NCBI GenBank assembly: GCA_951406725.2
Contig: OX597816.1
Coordinates: forward strand, 128,402,001 to 128,466,000
Length of the DNA: 64,000 bases
Reading direction: 5' to 3'
Origin: Octopus vulgaris
Lineage: Eukaryota
The translations under genes and the position numbers were made by a program. The notes below the pieces were generated by a model. It had not been told where the DNA came from, searched no databases, and was given only the letters and a program-made list of their open reading frames with translations. Positions 63,692 to 64,000 of the stretch are shown here, piece after piece. Every line of letters starts with the position of its first letter. Position 1 is the stretch's first letter.

Positions 63692-64000
63692 GTATGTGTC
63701 TATCTCTTTATTTATCTATCTATCTATTTATCTATCTATGTATCTATCTATATATGTAATATGCACATATATATATATAATATACATACATGTAAGTGTG
63801 TGTATGTGTGCCATATATAGACACACACACAATAATTATATTTATTATCTGCATTTCAATAAATAATTGTCTAATTTTTGTTTATGTGGGGGCTTTTTTT
63901 TTTATTAATAACATCACTAACATATATTCTTGAATTTGCATGATTTCAATTTGCACAATGATTCATAGAACCAATCTATTCTGCAAACTGAAAGACAAAT

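Overview
This is AT-rich, microsatellite-dense animal genomic DNA, intronic or intergenic. The SINE and RTE families and the (TA)n/(CA)n load look like a coleoid cephalopod such as Octopus, which is an inference from pattern recognition. I could not identify a host protein-coding gene with confidence. Recognisable content is almost all mobile DNA: two long RTE-clade LINE copies (one nearly intact, with a PHD-type finger inside the RT), many RTE 3' ends, two R4/Dong-like REL retrotransposon relics, a degraded Gypsy gag-pol, a Penelope-like ORF fragment, several mariner relics, hAT/piggyBac/Helitron-type non-autonomous elements and at least three tRNA-derived SINE families. The most notable unannotated signal is a set of type I hammerhead-ribozyme motifs from several unrelated short repeat families, most lying beside TA microsatellites. 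They occur as a 317-bp tandem dimer (retrozyme/Penelope pLTR-like), as two head-to-head fold-back cassettes, and as solo copies with covarying stems. There are also insertion scars (a twin-priming-like inversion and a 73-bp templated insert) and one speculative two-exon neuropeptide-like ORF. Coordinates were read by eye, so boundaries of degraded elements are approximate.
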